Source: Marsupella aquatica (Eukaryota > Plantae > Marchantiophyta). From it: 64,000 nucleotides of DNA. Below, piece after piece: positions 13,506 through 26,617 of this stretch (positions within the stretch are counted from its first letter, which is position 1; the number at the start of each line of letters is the position of its first letter). The notes under the pieces were generated by a model, which was not told where the DNA came from, ran no database searches, and saw only the letters and a program-made list of their open reading frames with translations. A program made the position numbers and the translations under genes. Where the stretch lies: positions 10,104,287 to 10,168,286 of the forward strand of contig OZ316899.1 in assembly GCA_973895155.1 (NCBI GenBank), in the 5' to 3' direction.

Positions 13506-13929
13506 ATGACAGCAAATAGTTAATAGATTTGCTGTTACGAGCAAAAATTTACTCATACAAGGAATTCAATTACTAATAGCAGAAAATCTGTTTACTCATA
13601 CAAGAAACTATTTACTTGTACGAGTTTTCTAGGTTATTCAAAGTTGACAAAAAGGGCTCCATGTTAAAAAACAACAACCATATAAGCGCTCACTGAAATG
13701 CTGACATAATGGGGCCCATCATTCAATGATAAATAACAAACAATATAAAGGTCATTATAAGAAGGCGCGCTTTATTTAACAGTCAATATGTTTGCTATTT
13801 GTTGCAAATTTTGGCTAGCGCCAGGAGCTAGCGACAGACACTCCATATTTTTGGATAAGAAACGGGTACTTCTTTTGACCGTTAGAAAAGACAAATTCCA
13901 CTTAGAGTTGTTCAACGTCACCAAATTGA

Positions 13930-15051
13930 CTACATGTCCGTTTCATTCTGTCGATCAAGTAGGTAACGGACTTCGCCCAATGTCAGAACTGGTTGACTAG
14001 ATAGTGTCGAATCGTGAGGACTCAACTTCAACTCAGTCCTGAATACCCAATATAGATATTTGCAAGGCATGTAAGACTTCCTATAAATGTGCCTACAATA
14101 GAAATCCTCACATGAACAGCAAGGGAAACAACAAATCATGCACCCAATAAGAGGCAGCAGTCCTCTCATGTTCAATCATGTGTTCTGATACAATACTACT
14201 TTCCCCACGCATTCCCACTCGTGACATCTCTCTCGCATACGAGGCTCATTACTTCTGTTTTGAATGCTTCGATCTTCTTGTAATGTGTTTGAGTTAGATT
14301 CACTCTTTGTAAGCACTTCCTTCCATTCCTGGAGCCACATCTGAAAATTGGGTCCGCTAAATTGATCCTCTCTTGGAACAAATTCACATCGATGCGTAAC
14401 TCAAATGGGGATGGCTCTTGACCTTCCCTTACCTCTCTTGTCCCAATTAGTCCTTGTTCTCTCAAGAATTGGATCTCGCCCTCCTGGAGATTGGTCCCTC
14501 TCGCAATGGGAAAAACGGGTGGTATATTGGGAATGTTTGAAACACCTCTTCTTGGCCGACTTTTGTGACATTTGTTGTTTGGGCAAAACCATATCTGGTC
14601 CGGATGAGGTTCTCCTCTAAAAAGTCTACATCCTCTTACAAATATTGCGACAACTCCTTCTGGATTTGGAAACCCAATCTTCTTTACTTGATTTCGACAT
14701 TCATAGCGGCTCCTTCTCCAACCAAGCGTCCCATGGCAAGTTGGACCAGCACCACGTTTTGAAGTTTGTTGGAGCTGCCACAGACCTGGAGCTATGTCAC
14801 TTTCCATCGGGAGAAGAGATTCCTCAGGCGTGGCCTCACCTTGATGTATGATGGGAGGAACAAAAGATCTTGTTGTTTGACGTGAGGGTGTTTCAAGGAC
14901 GACGACCTCCTCAGAATCTTCACTCTCAATTTGAGACAAATTAACAATGCCACTTCCACCATCACAAGGGGTGGAAGACATCTTCTCAAAGTCTGTGGAA
15001 TGGAGGTTTCTCCGCTTCAAACCCCTTGTATTTGGTGAAGTCACAAGGATA
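13930..15051 (-). pseudogene. Cys-rich protein with a C-terminal SWIM-type zinc finger (probably MULE-associated), 5'-truncated by CACAA element 2
   Basis: PCCSCEDF...YMPCKYLYWVF is SWIM-like (CxC..CKH, with H changed to Y); upstream 286-aa ORF contains WFCPNNKCH. Confidence 0.55.
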
Positions 15052-16835
15052 CACAACTACAATTTTTAACGTTGCGTGCCTTATGAATGTCTTCAACGTA
15101 GACGTTCAATTGGATCACGTCAAAGAAGACGTTGTTCCATATAGCTGAAGACGTTAGGCCAACGTCGTAGAATATGGCACGACAATTGGAACTATTTTTA
15201 CGTTGTTTGATACAACGTAAGGTTAACGTCTCCTCATCAGGGTAATTAAACGTTGTCTAAAAAGAGGTAAAATTAATTGTGTCGTACAGGACGTCATAAT
15301 ATATAGTTTGTTGGACAACGTTTAAAAGTATGTTGGAATCTGCGAGGTTAAATCCATTCTGGAGCTCTCATCGACGTTTGAGAGTTACTCTGCCACATGA
15401 TACGTCCAAGACATCATTTTGGTCGACGTAAATGACAGAAATTCCTTGCTGACTTGGGTTTTCTACCTGTGGCTTTTGGTTCATAGTTGCTAAGACCTTC
15501 CAAGACTTGCATTCAAGAGTTTTTGAGTGAGCTCTCGTCTTGAGTAGGGAGAAATTTATGTGGGGGATAGAAAGTGCTAAGCTATGGTGCGCAAGCTATT
15601 CAAGGATGTGCATTGTTGCTTCCTTCCTCTCGGTGAAGAGGACAAGACTATGCGTGGGTTCTTTTGTCGTGGAGGTGTTATTGAGAAGTTGTGTACCTCA
15701 GAGACAGACTACTTGCTGGCCTATACCTAGAAAGATGTTGTTGAGCACTTCAATGACTACCCTGGATTGATTGAGCACTTTGCAGAGATAGTGCATTTCA
15801 TTTCTATCCGTTGGGTTGAGTGCTCCATTCTGGCTAACAAGGAGTTGGATCCAGGAGACTTCTTGTTGCAACCGAGTGATCATGAGATCCTTGATGATTT
15901 GCCCAAGTTTGATGATGGTGAGGCATATCCACCTACCTTCTCTAAATATGAGTTATTGCCTACTGAGCTTGGGATTGTATTGTAGGATTACAAGGAAAGC
16001 TGTGTAGCTGAGGTTGAGGCTGAAAGGCTGAAGGTTGGGGAAGCGGTTGTGCGGAAGAAATGGAACCAGAGCCAGAGGCGTGATTCCTACAAAGCAAGGA
16101 AGGCCGATGAGGAGTACTACTGGTCTGGTGAAGGGACCCCTTAAGCAACAATACTTCAAATCGCAGCTGGTGGTGGGGTTTAGGTTACATGATTTGCATA
16201 GGTTAGCATTGCTTTAGTGGAAAGACAATGTGTTGTGAAATGTAGTTGTGTGTTCATATCACCTTAATAAAGACACCCATGATTGTATTATTTTGATTGT
16301 GCCGGTGAATGTGTTCTTTCAGTGTGTGCACTGTGAGTAACATCGCCCCTCACACGTTACGTTGTCCTTTACGTTGTCCCGCAATATTTTATATATCATA
16401 ATAAGACATTCCACAATGTACATCCTTTAGGGCTACGTGTATTTATGTCACAATTTAGTATCACGTTGTGTAGGGCTACGTGAGAACAACGTTAAGTTAG
16501 GGTTTACATCATTTTTGGTGGGGTTTTGTGATGACGTACGGGTTGTCTACGTCATTTTGGGTGTTACAAATGGGATGTTTAATTATATAAATGATGTAAA
16601 TGAGGACTGTCCAACCAGATCTGTATATATGTAAAGGATGGCTACGGCCAATATACATGCATTTAAAGCATCATGACAGTGGTGATGGTCATATCAATCA
16701 GCATCGTCTATAATTGCTGATTGCATCAAACCCTTCCTTCACCGTGGGAAGATGGGAATGACAATGGACCACCCTCTCATAGCCTGCATGGGCACCATAA
16801 TACACTGATCCACTTGGCTAGGAAAAACTATGGTA

Positions 16836-19800
16836 TGTTACAAACCATATGCTCCAACAATGTAATCAATCTTATTCATGTGTCCAATATATATACATGA
16901 GGTAGTTGAGTTAGATCTTGGTTAGATCTTAACTCGGGTTAAGATATCTAATCCTAGTTAGGGTATAACACTCCCCCTTGGGTGTTATAGTTTTTGATGA
17001 AATTATAACAACCAATCTAAGTTGCTATCAGTTAGATATCTTCTACCTATGTTATATTGTGAGATGATGGAGGTGCAGTCTCATTAAAACCTTCCCTACT
17101 AACATCATGGAAGGAAAGAGTATTGCCACCTTCCATCTCTTTTGTATGATCTATTTTGTATGTATGTTAGGTCTAGAGTACAATATTGGTTTTATTTGTG
17201 TTTTCTATGTTGTTAGGTTCCATAGAGGTTGTTGTCTCCATCGTCTCCATTGTACTGTATTTGAGTTATTGTTGTTCTTGAGGATGTCTTGATCTCCTTT
17301 GTGGTAGTATTGATGGTTGCTTCTTCATAGTAAGTAATCATTCTTCTTCAATGGTGTTGTTGTAGAAAAATCCATTCTCCCCCTCAATGTTAGAATCCTG
17401 CATCAGTTTCTTAAGACTTCGCATCCCCAAGAGGTGAGTTAGTGTTCTATGAGTAGATGGGGGTAGAGATTTTGTTAGGATGTCGGCCAGGTTCTTTTCT
17501 CCTGAAATCCATTGTATGTCGATGTCTTTTCCTTGTTGTTCATGTGAGAAAAAGAACTTGGGTGCAATATGTTTTGTGCGTTCACCTTTTATAAATCCTG
17601 ATTTGATTTGAGTGATGCATGACATATTCTCTTCAAATATAGTTGTAGGCATGGTTAAGTTTTGTTTACCTATTTGAATAAGAATATGGTCTATTACTTG
17701 CCTTAGCCATAAACATTCTCTAGTAGCCTCATAAAGGGCAATAATTTCTGAATGGTTTGAAGAAGTGGTTGCAAGTGTTTGCTTAGTACTTCTCCAAGAT
17801 ATTGGTGTTGATCCCATTAAGAATATATATCCTGTTTGAGATCTACCGTCATGTGGATCAGAAAGGTATCCGGCGTCAACATATCCTGTCAACTTATGGT
17901 TATCCTCATTAGGAAAATATAGGCCGAGGTCGGATGTACCATTAAGGTATCTGAAAATCCGTTTTAGCCCGTTCCAATGTCTTATAGTGGGTTGAGAACT
18001 ATGTCTCGCCAGTAGGTTGACAAAAAATGCTATGTCTGGTCTTGTTTGATTAGATAAAAACATAAGAGCACCGATAGCCGAAAGGTATGGCATATCTGAA
18101 CCTAATATAGGTTCGAATTCTTCTCTTTTTCTAAACATATCCTTATCCTTATCAAGGGTACGGATGTCCATGGGGGATTTAACAGGCTTCAACATATTCA
18201 TTCTGAATTGTTGTAATATTTTCTTTGTGTAAGTAGTTTGGTGTAAAAGAATGCCTTTTTCCAAATGTTCAAATTGGAGTCCAATGCAATAAGAAGTTCT
18301 GCCCATGTCTCTCATTTCAAAAACGCTTTTTAGTGTTTGCATTGACTCATTCATCATCTTTTTCGTACCAAGGAGGTTGAGGTCATCAACATATATAGCG
18401 ATGATTATGAATTCAGGCCCTTCATGCTTTATAAATAAGCAAGGAGCTATTTCAGAATTCTTATATCCCATGGATATCATTTGATTTTTGAATCTGTGGT
18501 ACCATGTACGTCCACTCTGTTTGAGTCCGTAAAGGGAACTAAGGACTTGAACTGCATACCGGGTCTTTGCTCCGGTTGCCTTATGATCCTTTCTAGGTTC
18601 TTGTAATGCAATTGCTTTAGAAGCATTGTGGAGTACCAATTTGTTCATATAGTCAAATGATTTTGCACTATTATCATTGTGCATATGTGGATTATGTTTT
18701 GAATTTGCATGGAAGTTTACTCTCTCAATGAGTTCAGGCGGGGCTTCCATATAAATCACGTTGTCCAGTTTACCATAAAGGTAAGCGGTAACAACATCCA
18801 TTTGTTGCATTAACAGTTTGTTGTGTATAGCAAATGCTATCAAATAGCGGTATGTGGTGACGTCCATGACAGGTGAGTATGTCAGGGCATAGTCAGTTCC
18901 ATAAACTTGTGTGTAGCATTTAGCAACCAGCCTAGCTTTATATCTTAGTATTTCTCCTTGTGAGTTTCGCTTTTTAACAAATGTCATCCTATATCCCGTG
19001 AGGTGTTGGTCTGGGGAAGCTACGGTTATAGGTCCAAAGACTTTTCTAGATATCAAGGAGTCTAATTCGGAGTTCATGGCCTCTTGCCATTTGCTCCAAT
19101 CTATTTGTTTTTGTGCTTCGGTCACTGATTTGGGATCTGGTAGGTTGTTAATATCATTTGCTACATGAGAGGCAAATATGAGATCAGGGTTGATCATCAT
19201 TCTATCTAGTATGTTACCAGTGGAGTTGTAGTTAATTGCTATCTCTGGTTGGGATGGTGGTCTCGTATGGTTGGTTGGTGTAGGAGGTCTACGCTTGTTT
19301 CTAGGTTGTTTGTCGACTGCTCCTAGTGGTCTCCCTCTTTTGAGTTGTGGGAGTGTGTCAGAGGATAGTCTCTGATCTTGTATGCGGGATGGTGTATTAG
19401 CCGCTGGTATATGGGATTTAGTTACGTGTGTAGCATCAGCAAATGAGTCGGGTAGGGACTCCATGATCTTGGTTAATTGAAGTATCCTATTGACTTCTAG
19501 TTCAGTTTGGTTAGTTCGAGGATCTGGGCAAAGTGCCGGGGAAGCTTGCCATGTGAGTGTTTTGGTGTATGACTTATGTTTTCCTTCTTGCGTGTTAATG
19601 GTTGGGAAAATGTTTTCATAGAAATGGCAATCGCTGAAACGGGCTTTGAATATGTCAGTGGTTGAAGGTTCCATGTATCGTATGATAGATGTTGAGTCAA
19701 ATCCTACATAGATGCCTTTCCTCCGTTGTGGTCCCATTTTGGTTCTATGAGGACCTAGTATGGGGATGAGGACTTGGCATCCAAATATTCTTAGGTGTGA

Positions 19801-22800
19801 GATATTTGGTGGTTGCCCGAAAGCTAGGTGATAAGGTGTGTTGCTGTTAAAGGCTGATGGTCTATAAAGGAGTAGGGTTGCAGCATGTAATACTGCATGG
19901 CCCCATGCTGATGTTGGGAGTGATGATTGCATTAATAGTGGTCTAGCAATCTGTTGTATACGTTTAATAAGTGACTCCGCTAGTCCATTCTGGAAGTGGA
20001 CATGGGGTACATTATGTTGGGAGTCAATTCCATTTATTGTGCAGAATTCATCAAAGGTTCTAGAAGTGAATTCACCAGCTCCATCAGTTCTAAGGGTTCT
20101 AATTGGATTTTCAGGGAATTGTGACCGTAGTCTTAAGATGTGTGTAAGGATTCTGGGGAAGACTAGGTTGCGGGTTGATAATAAGGATACTCTAGACCAC
20201 TTAGAACTGGCGTCTATCACTACCAAGAAGTATCGAAATGGTCCACTTGGTGGGTCGATTGGTCCGCATACGTCCGCATGGAGTCTCTCGAGGAATGCGG
20301 GGATATGGTTTTCGGTTTTTGGGATGGAGGGGGCGGTAATCATCTTGCCCTGGGAGCAGGCAATGCATGGTTTTTGGAATGACCTTGGGTGACAGGTCTT
20401 TGGTATTCCTGTTGAGTTGTTGACTATCCTATGGAACATGCTGGTTCCTGGGTGTCCCAATCTCATGTGCCATGTCTCGGTGATATCTTTGGGTTCGACC
20501 CCTAGGTTATAACATTGGTTTTGGGTGATGTAGAACCCTGAAGGGTGGGTCGAGATGGTTTCTCTAATGATTATCCCTCCTGGTGAGTGTGATGTTATTT
20601 GCAGTACTTCTTGTAAGTTTTGGATGTTTGTTTGGATATGGTAGTTGTTGGCTCTAATATCTTGGAAACTCAGAAGGTTCCTCCTTGCTTTGGGGGCATA
20701 TATGGCTGATGGGCATCTAATTATTGTGCCTCCAGGGAGAGTTAAGGTGGCTCTTCCGTGACCTTCTTCTATTTGGCTTTCTCCGGTTATAGTGATTATT
20801 TGTCTTTGGGAAGGGATAATTTCATGGAAATATTTTCTATTTCGGAGGATGGTGTGTGATGTACCGCTGTCTATAATGCATACATCTATATCCTCTAGCT
20901 CAGGTGGGGGGTCTACCATATGAATTTCTGGTATAATCTCAGGTGATTCCAGGTAAACTCCATGGGTTTCAAGTTTTGATCCATCTAAACTTTGTTTGTA
21001 GAGTTTCACGAGATGGGCTGGGGCATGGCATACCTTTTGGGTGTGACCTTTTGTACCGCACCTGAAGCATGTGATCGAGTTGTTTGAGTTGTTTCTTGAC
21101 TTCTCTTGGTAGTCGTTGCGGCCTCGTTTCCATGTGGTCCTTCCTGGGAAATTGTTTCTTCCACGGCCCCTTCCGCGGTTGCTGAATCCTCCTCTGGATC
21201 CTCCTCTGTAGGAGTAGTTCGATCGTCCTCCCTTCGTTCCTCTTCCCCTATATGAGCCTCTCCCCCTGAATTTACTTGTATTTCTATCATAAGGTGTGGT
21301 CAAGTTAGCTTCTCTCAGTTTCTCGTTTATAATTAAGTTCGTCTCAGTGGGGGCAGGTATTGGGAGTGTACCCGGGGGTCTATCCTTTGCATTTGTCATG
21401 AGTAGGATTGAGTTTTGTTCTGCCAAGAGCATGTGTGCTATTAGTGCTGAGTATTTAGTGAATGCCATGTTTCTATACTGGTTTGAGATTACCAAGTTTG
21501 TAGGGTGAAATGTTGCTAGTGTCTTTTCGATTTGTTGTTTATCATTCACTGGTTCACCGCACATCTGGAGTTCGTTCGAGATGCGGAACATCTCGCTGTT
21601 GTATAAGTCTACCGTTTTGAAATCTTGCACTCTTAATGTTACCCATGCTTGTAGCGCATTTGGTAAGTTTATAGTTGTTATGTGTTCAAATCTCTCTTTC
21701 AATGCATCCCATAGGAGCCTTGGGTTGTATATCGTCTTATATTGATGTTTTAATGGTTCTATTAAGTGGTGTCTTAGTAGGACTAGTGCTTGGGCCTTCT
21801 GGTATTGGTCCACCCCAATGTCGGTATGTATTGTTTCTGGGATTCTTTTTGCGGTGAGGTTAACCTCCACGTCTATTGTCCAATCATTATAGTTCTTCCC
21901 GTCAATTCTTAGTGCTGGGAATAATAGTTTCTCCATTGCCATCTTGGGCTAATATGGGTTCACCTTGTAAATGTATGCAATTAAGGAGGGTTCAATGGAG
22001 TTTTTGCACTTAGCTATTATTTTGTGGTGGATCAGCTTCGCTTGCTCCTTTCTTTTGGTATTCACTATTCTTTAGGTTTGGTCCCGGTATGATTGGATTC
22101 TTCCTTCTTAGGTGGGTGGAAAGGAGAATTGGGGGTCGCTGCCCTTGCTTGTACGTTTTCGGTCTGGGGCTCGCGTTTGCTCTCTTCGCTATGGTGTGCT
22201 TGGTCTTTCTCTCGTTCTCTGTGGATGGTGCTGATCGGCTCTCTTTAGTGTGTTAATTTGCCTGGGACTCTTCTGTGTTCGCGTTTTATCTCTCGGAGTC
22301 TTCTCTGCAATTTCTGTGTATTTCTTTATTCTGCTCTTCTTGTGTGGGATCGATCCGCTTTGACTTCAGTCAGGGTCCCTATACGGGTGGTTTCAATTCG
22401 GTGAGGGATGGTGTGCCGATGAAGTCCTTATCGATCTTCTATTTCGTTTCGTCTTGTTTCAACGCTGCGCTGTCGCAAGTGTGGGTCCGGGAGTCAGTGG
22501 TCCGGGAGTCAGTGAATTCAGTGGCTACAGGCGGCGAAGCGTCAAATTGTGAATTCAGTGGCTACAGGCGGCGAGCGTCGAATTGTGTCTGAATTGTGTC
22601 TGGATTGTGTGGTGCTATCTGCGGAACGGCGCCTCGTGGCTTTGTCCGGGGCTTGGTCTTCGTGCTGAATTGGCGCTATCGTTCCTTCGTGTGTGCTATA
22701 CGTCGTCTGCGGGATTTGTCTTGAGTTACTGTGGGTTTCAAGAAGTTCTACTCTTCTGCCGATTTCCTTTCGTTTCAATTCCTTCGGATTAGACTGCGGC

Positions 22801-23205
22801 TGGCCCTACGTGTTTCTTTTTTCGTTCTGTCTCTATGGTCCTACTGTTTACCTATTGCTCGCACGCTCACAAGATCTCTAGATGGTGGTCTATCGTTCTC
22901 AAGCCATAGACGAACAGAGGCCCATGTCATTCTACTCGAGGTTTCTATCGAGAAATGGCCCTCAAATGTGGCCAAAAGTGCTCATCTTTTGGGAAAAACT
23001 CTTCGGATCTCCCCTTATGGTTTAGCACCTCTTCGTGGGAAAAAAATAAATTGCATTCGTGTTGATAACGTGTTACAAACCATATGCTCCAACAATGTAA
23101 TCAATCTTATTCATGTGTCCAATATATATACATGAGGTAGTTGAGTTAGATCTTGGTTAGATCTTAACTCAGGTTAAGATATCTAATCCTAGTTAGGGTA
23201 TAACA
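16836..23205 (-). mobile_element. Full-length Ty1/copia LTR retrotransposon, Bianca lineage
   Basis: 135-bp LTRs TGTTA..TAACA at 16836-16970 and 23071-23205, with one mismatch seen. TSD TGGTA; PPT next to 16971; PBS cgttatcaacacga (Bianca-type); Bianca-type gag start (GKNYNDWTID...KAQALVLLRHHL). Confidence 0.95.
17338..21942 (-). CDS. Copia gag-pol polyprotein (gag, CCHC knuckle, protease, integrase, RT, RNase H), 1534 aa
   Basis: CFRCGTKGHTQKVC; IIDSGTSHTIL; WHMRLGHP; RTDGAGEF; NGLAES; SLYGLKQSGR; IYVDDL; KHI; ADILTKSL. Confidence 0.97.
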   Translation of the reverse strand: MAMEKLLFPALRIDGKNYNDWTIDVEVNLTAKRIPETIHTDIGVDQYQKAQALVLLRHHLIEPLKHQYKTIYNPRLLWDALKERFEHITTINLPNALQAWVTLRVQDFKTVDLYNSEMFRISNELQMCGEPVNDKQQIEKTLATFHPTNLVISNQYRNMAFTKYSALIAHMLLAEQNSILLMTNAKDRPPGTLPIPAPTETNLIINEKLREANLTTPYDRNTSKFRGRGSYRGRGTKGGRSNYSYRGGSRGGFSNRGRGRGRNNFPGRTTWKRGRNDYQEKSRNNSNNSITCFRCGTKGHTQKVCHAPAHLVKLYKQSLDGSKLETHGVYLESPEIIPEIHMVDPPPELEDIDVCIIDSGTSHTILRNRKYFHEIIPSQRQIITITGESQIEEGHGRATLTLPGGTIIRCPSAIYAPKARRNLLSFQDIRANNYHIQTNIQNLQEVLQITSHSPGGIIIRETISTHPSGFYITQNQCYNLGVEPKDITETWHMRLGHPGTSMFHRIVNNSTGIPKTCHPRSFQKPCIACSQGKMITAPSIPKTENHIPAFLERLHADVCGPIDPPSGPFRYFLVVIDASSKWSRVSLLSTRNLVFPRILTHILRLRSQFPENPIRTLRTDGAGEFTSRTFDEFCTINGIDSQHNVPHVHFQNGLAESLIKRIQQIARPLLMQSSLPTSAWGHAVLHAATLLLYRPSAFNSNTPYHLAFGQPPNISHLRIFGCQVLIPILGPHRTKMGPQRRKGIYVGFDSTSIIRYMEPSTTDIFKARFSDCHFYENIFPTINTQEGKHKSYTKTLTWQASPALCPDPRTNQTELEVNRILQLTKIMESLPDSFADATHVTKSHIPAANTPSRIQDQRLSSDTLPQLKRGRPLGAVDKQPRNKRRPPTPTNHTRPPSQPEIAINYNSTGNILDRMMINPDLIFASHVANDINNLPDPKSVTEAQKQIDWSKWQEAMNSELDSLISRKVFGPITVASPDQHLTGYRMTFVKKRNSQGEILRYKARLVAKCYTQVYGTDYALTYSPVMDVTTYRYLIAFAIHNKLLMQQMDVVTAYLYGKLDNVIYMEAPPELIERVNFHANSKHNPHMHNDNSAKSFDYMNKLVLHNASKAIALQEPRKDHKATGAKTRYAVQVLSSLYGLKQSGRTWYHRFKNQMISMGYKNSEIAPCLFIKHEGPEFIIIAIYVDDLNLLGTKKMMNESMQTLKSVFEMRDMGRTSYCIGLQFEHLEKGILLHQTTYTKKILQQFRMNMLKPVKSPMDIRTLDKDKDMFRKREEFEPILGSDMPYLSAIGALMFLSNQTRPDIAFFVNLLARHSSQPTIRHWNGLKRIFRYLNGTSDLGLYFPNEDNHKLTGYVDAGYLSDPHDGRSQTGYIFLMGSTPISWRSTKQTLATTSSNHSEIIALYEATRECLWLRQVIDHILIQIGKQNLTMPTTIFEENMSCITQIKSGFIKGERTKHIAPKFFFSHEQQGKDIDIQWISGEKNLADILTKSLPPSTHRTLTHLLGMRSLKKLMQDSNIEGENGFFYNNTIEEE

Positions 23206-26200
23206 TGGTATCACTAACCTCAGTCCCGCTTGGTGCTACACGAGTGGTGTCCACCCGGTAAAATCCACACTCATCTTTCACCATGGTGGCTCTCACAAGA
23301 GGTGACATGATGGACTTGTGCTGGCACCGCACCTCTAACACAGTAGTGGTAAATGACCAAAAGTCAACATCTAAAATGTCCAATATAGTGCCGCAATAAG
23401 GAACCTCAACATCACCTCAGTCTGTCAACATGAACACTTGTGAGTTACATGTTGTCTTTTTCATATGGTATGTCCTCCAAGTCTGAAAGTGGTGCCCCGA
23501 CTCATATATGTGTGTATGAGTTGTTGCCCACATCGATGGCCCCCTAATGATGGTCTGAACATCAATCGGGATGGATGTGGGCCCATGTTTTGCCAGGCCC
23601 CTCTCCATGTGCTCCAATGCCCATACGCGGAATGATGCAATTGTGCGTACATGTCCTGCAATAACCGGCTGTCGCTCCCTCCATGCCCTGGCATTTGTAT
23701 ACACAAATATTATTAGAAATTTGCAGTATCCTATGGACAAAAAAGTACTCCCCAACTACAAGTCTAACTTCACAATCTAAATGCCTCGTACCTGTACAAC
23801 TCCCTCCAAGCTGACATGTCAGGGCGGTTTTCCAACACATAATTGTGGATTTGTCGTGACCGCTTCTTCGACGCACCCATCAAGCGCAACCCACCATTGT
23901 CCTCATCCTGTGCCTCTTCCCAAGTTGTGGGAGCTGTAGGGTCCAAACTCCCTATCATCCCCCCTGAATAGAAGAGGCACTCAGACATAATGTACCCTGT
24001 TGCCATGCTTCCCTCTGGTCGAGCTGGTTGACGCACCATGGACTTGAGCACTTTCATGAAGCGCTCAACCCAATACATCCACCGCGCATGAACTGGACCA
24101 GCAATAGCTACCTCATCCACAAGGTGACATAGCAAATGCAATTGCATGTCAAAAAGACAAGGAGGGAACACCTTCTCCATATTGCACATCACACATGCTG
24201 ACCTCTCCCTCATCAAAGGAATCTCACACTCCTTTATCTCCTTAGCGCGTACACACCTATATTCCACCTCATACAATCCAATTGATTTAATATCACAATC
24301 ACACCAAGCGGTTGCCAAAATTACCGACTTAAATAATTATAATACTGGTAATGAAAACAATTAAGCCCAAAACAACAAGTCTCTAATTTTAAACTTAGGG
24401 TTTAGGGTTTTAAACCCTAAACTTCTTTAAAAACATACCTAAAAATAGAACACATGTCGTAAATGGTGAGTCAAAGTAGGCGCCTCTCTCGCGAGTCATC
24501 ACAACAACGCAAGACAGCAGGCAGCACATGTTGAATCAACTTGTGATAATCATGAGACTTTAGCCCTATTGGGGGCATGTGGTCATTTCTGCTAGTGCAC
24601 CCACGAAAGTCGGCTCCATAGTGGCTAGGCAATACCCAAGGAGCAGGTGGTTTCCCCACAGTACTTGTCATCCAGCAAAACTTCACAACTCCTACATTCT
24701 CAGCATCCTCTTGGACTTGACAAGTATCATTCCGTCCATAAATGTGCTTCAACAAATTCTTAGCAACATTCACTTTGATGTGCATGGGGTCCAACAACCA
24801 CCGGACCTGGAGGATCTGGAGCATGAAAAAACAATAATGTTGGAGTTCACTAATAATTTCTCAATAGCAATAGTTTTCAGTGAAGACTCCAATTTGCAAT
24901 TAGAAAAATTAACCATTTGCTTTGTCTCACTTACCCTCCAATAAGGCAAGTCCCACAAAGCTGAGCGGCGATTTACTCCACAATCTTTGGGTTTGAGTAA
25001 CTTTGCCTCCACCATCTCTGCCATTTGGATTTGCCCTTCAGCTGAAGGGCCATTGGGACATGGTCTTAACTCACTTTCTGCCCAATGAGTTGTGTTTCAC
25101 CGCAAGTGATCATCCATTGCCAAGTGGACCCTACTTCCCTCATATGTGGTTTTGTGCAATAGTGATGAGTACCTCCCATGCAACTCAGGACCACATGAAG
25201 GGCAAGTTGAATAACCTGCCACCTTCAAACCAGATATTGTTCCCATACCTGCACATGATATTTTGGGTCCATAGAATATGTCATTATCTCTAATACATTG
25301 TACAATATAATGCAATTAGAAAAATGCTCTAGGTTGTCTTGTGAATTACCTGGACCATCGGTGGTGCAATGGGTGATCATCACTCTCATCTGGAATATCC
25401 TGCCATTGCTCGGAGCCCGAGTGACATCTGTGGTAGGTGCCCCAACCTCCCACAGGTTCTGTATTTCTTCATAAGCTGGTGCCAAGCAGACATCTGGATT
25501 CTTGCAGGCCTCAGGACCAGGTATGATAGCAAGGAGGAGGACATGGCCCTTTTTTATTGCCAACCATGGAGGGATGTTCTGATTAATCAAGAGAACCGGC
25601 CAAATGAACTTAGGCTTCCGCCGTTGCTTGTACGGGTTTACACCGTCTATTGCCAACCCCAACCGGACATTTCTTGGCTCCTGGGAAAACTGAGGCCAAG
25701 TCATATCAATGTGTTTTCATGCTGGACTATCTTGGTGGTACCTCATAATCCCTGGTGGGGATTTGTTCTCCGCATGCCAAGTCTGTAGTATGGATAAGCG
25801 TTTCCGTCGATACAGGTGTTGCAGCCGGGGTGTGATAGGGAAATACTTGAACACCTGTAATAACAACAGTGAAACCATTCGAATCGATGATATTAGAACC
25901 CTAATGTCCTTTATGAACACGTTATCTTATTTTAACCACGTCTCCTATGACGTAAACAACAAAGAGACGTTACTTTATGTCATAGGAAGAGACATAAAAT
26001 GGGCTTACATCGCCTGAGAAGATGTATTCAATTCACATTGACGTTACAATGTAATTTACGTCGTGTAATGAGTCGTACATATGACGTTAATACAATGTTA
26101 ATAAATAAATCAACAAATTTGAAGACGTAAGATGTGAATGTGCTTTGTTGAGTTGGATGTTAAGTTTGCACCTGAGTATGTGGACGCTAATCACATGAGT

Positions 26201-26544
26201 TTGCATCAGTAATTTACCTTCTCTGGAATTTTGTCCCCAATGGTGTCTGGTTGATATTGTGGAAGGCCACACTGTTCCTTCGAGCAATGAGTGTGCTCAA
26301 CATACTCCTTTCTATACAAGATGCAACCAGCGGGGCACATATGGATAGTCTCCAAAGCCAATCCAATGGAGACAAGTAACTTCTTAGCCTCCCTCACACA
26401 GCCAGGAAGAGTGTTTGGTTTGGGCAAGAATTTCTTGTGGAACAACTGCAATAGTGCATCTGTATGGACATCCAAACCATTGAAAACTCCTTGCAAATTT
26501 AACATCAAGAGAGTGGCACCCAACCTGCATTTGCAAAACCACAA
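23206..26544 (-). pseudogene. CACTA Tnp2 transposase exons of element 2 (stops, frameshifts, internal deletions)
   Basis: Close paralogy with 3008-6770, e.g. PRNVRLGLAIDGVNPY and GPVHARWMYWVERFMK. Confidence 0.9.
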
Positions 26545-26617
26545 TTAGTTCATCAAAATGGAACATGAGGTACTACCTACAATTACACTCTCACAATTAG
26601 AGAAGTCATAGGCTTCT

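Noticed and set aside
24394-24422. Telomere-like TTTAGGG / CCCTAAA inverted repeat
   Set aside because: Only 2-3 units inside an intron; telobox-like words are common and this is not evidence of a chromosome fusion.
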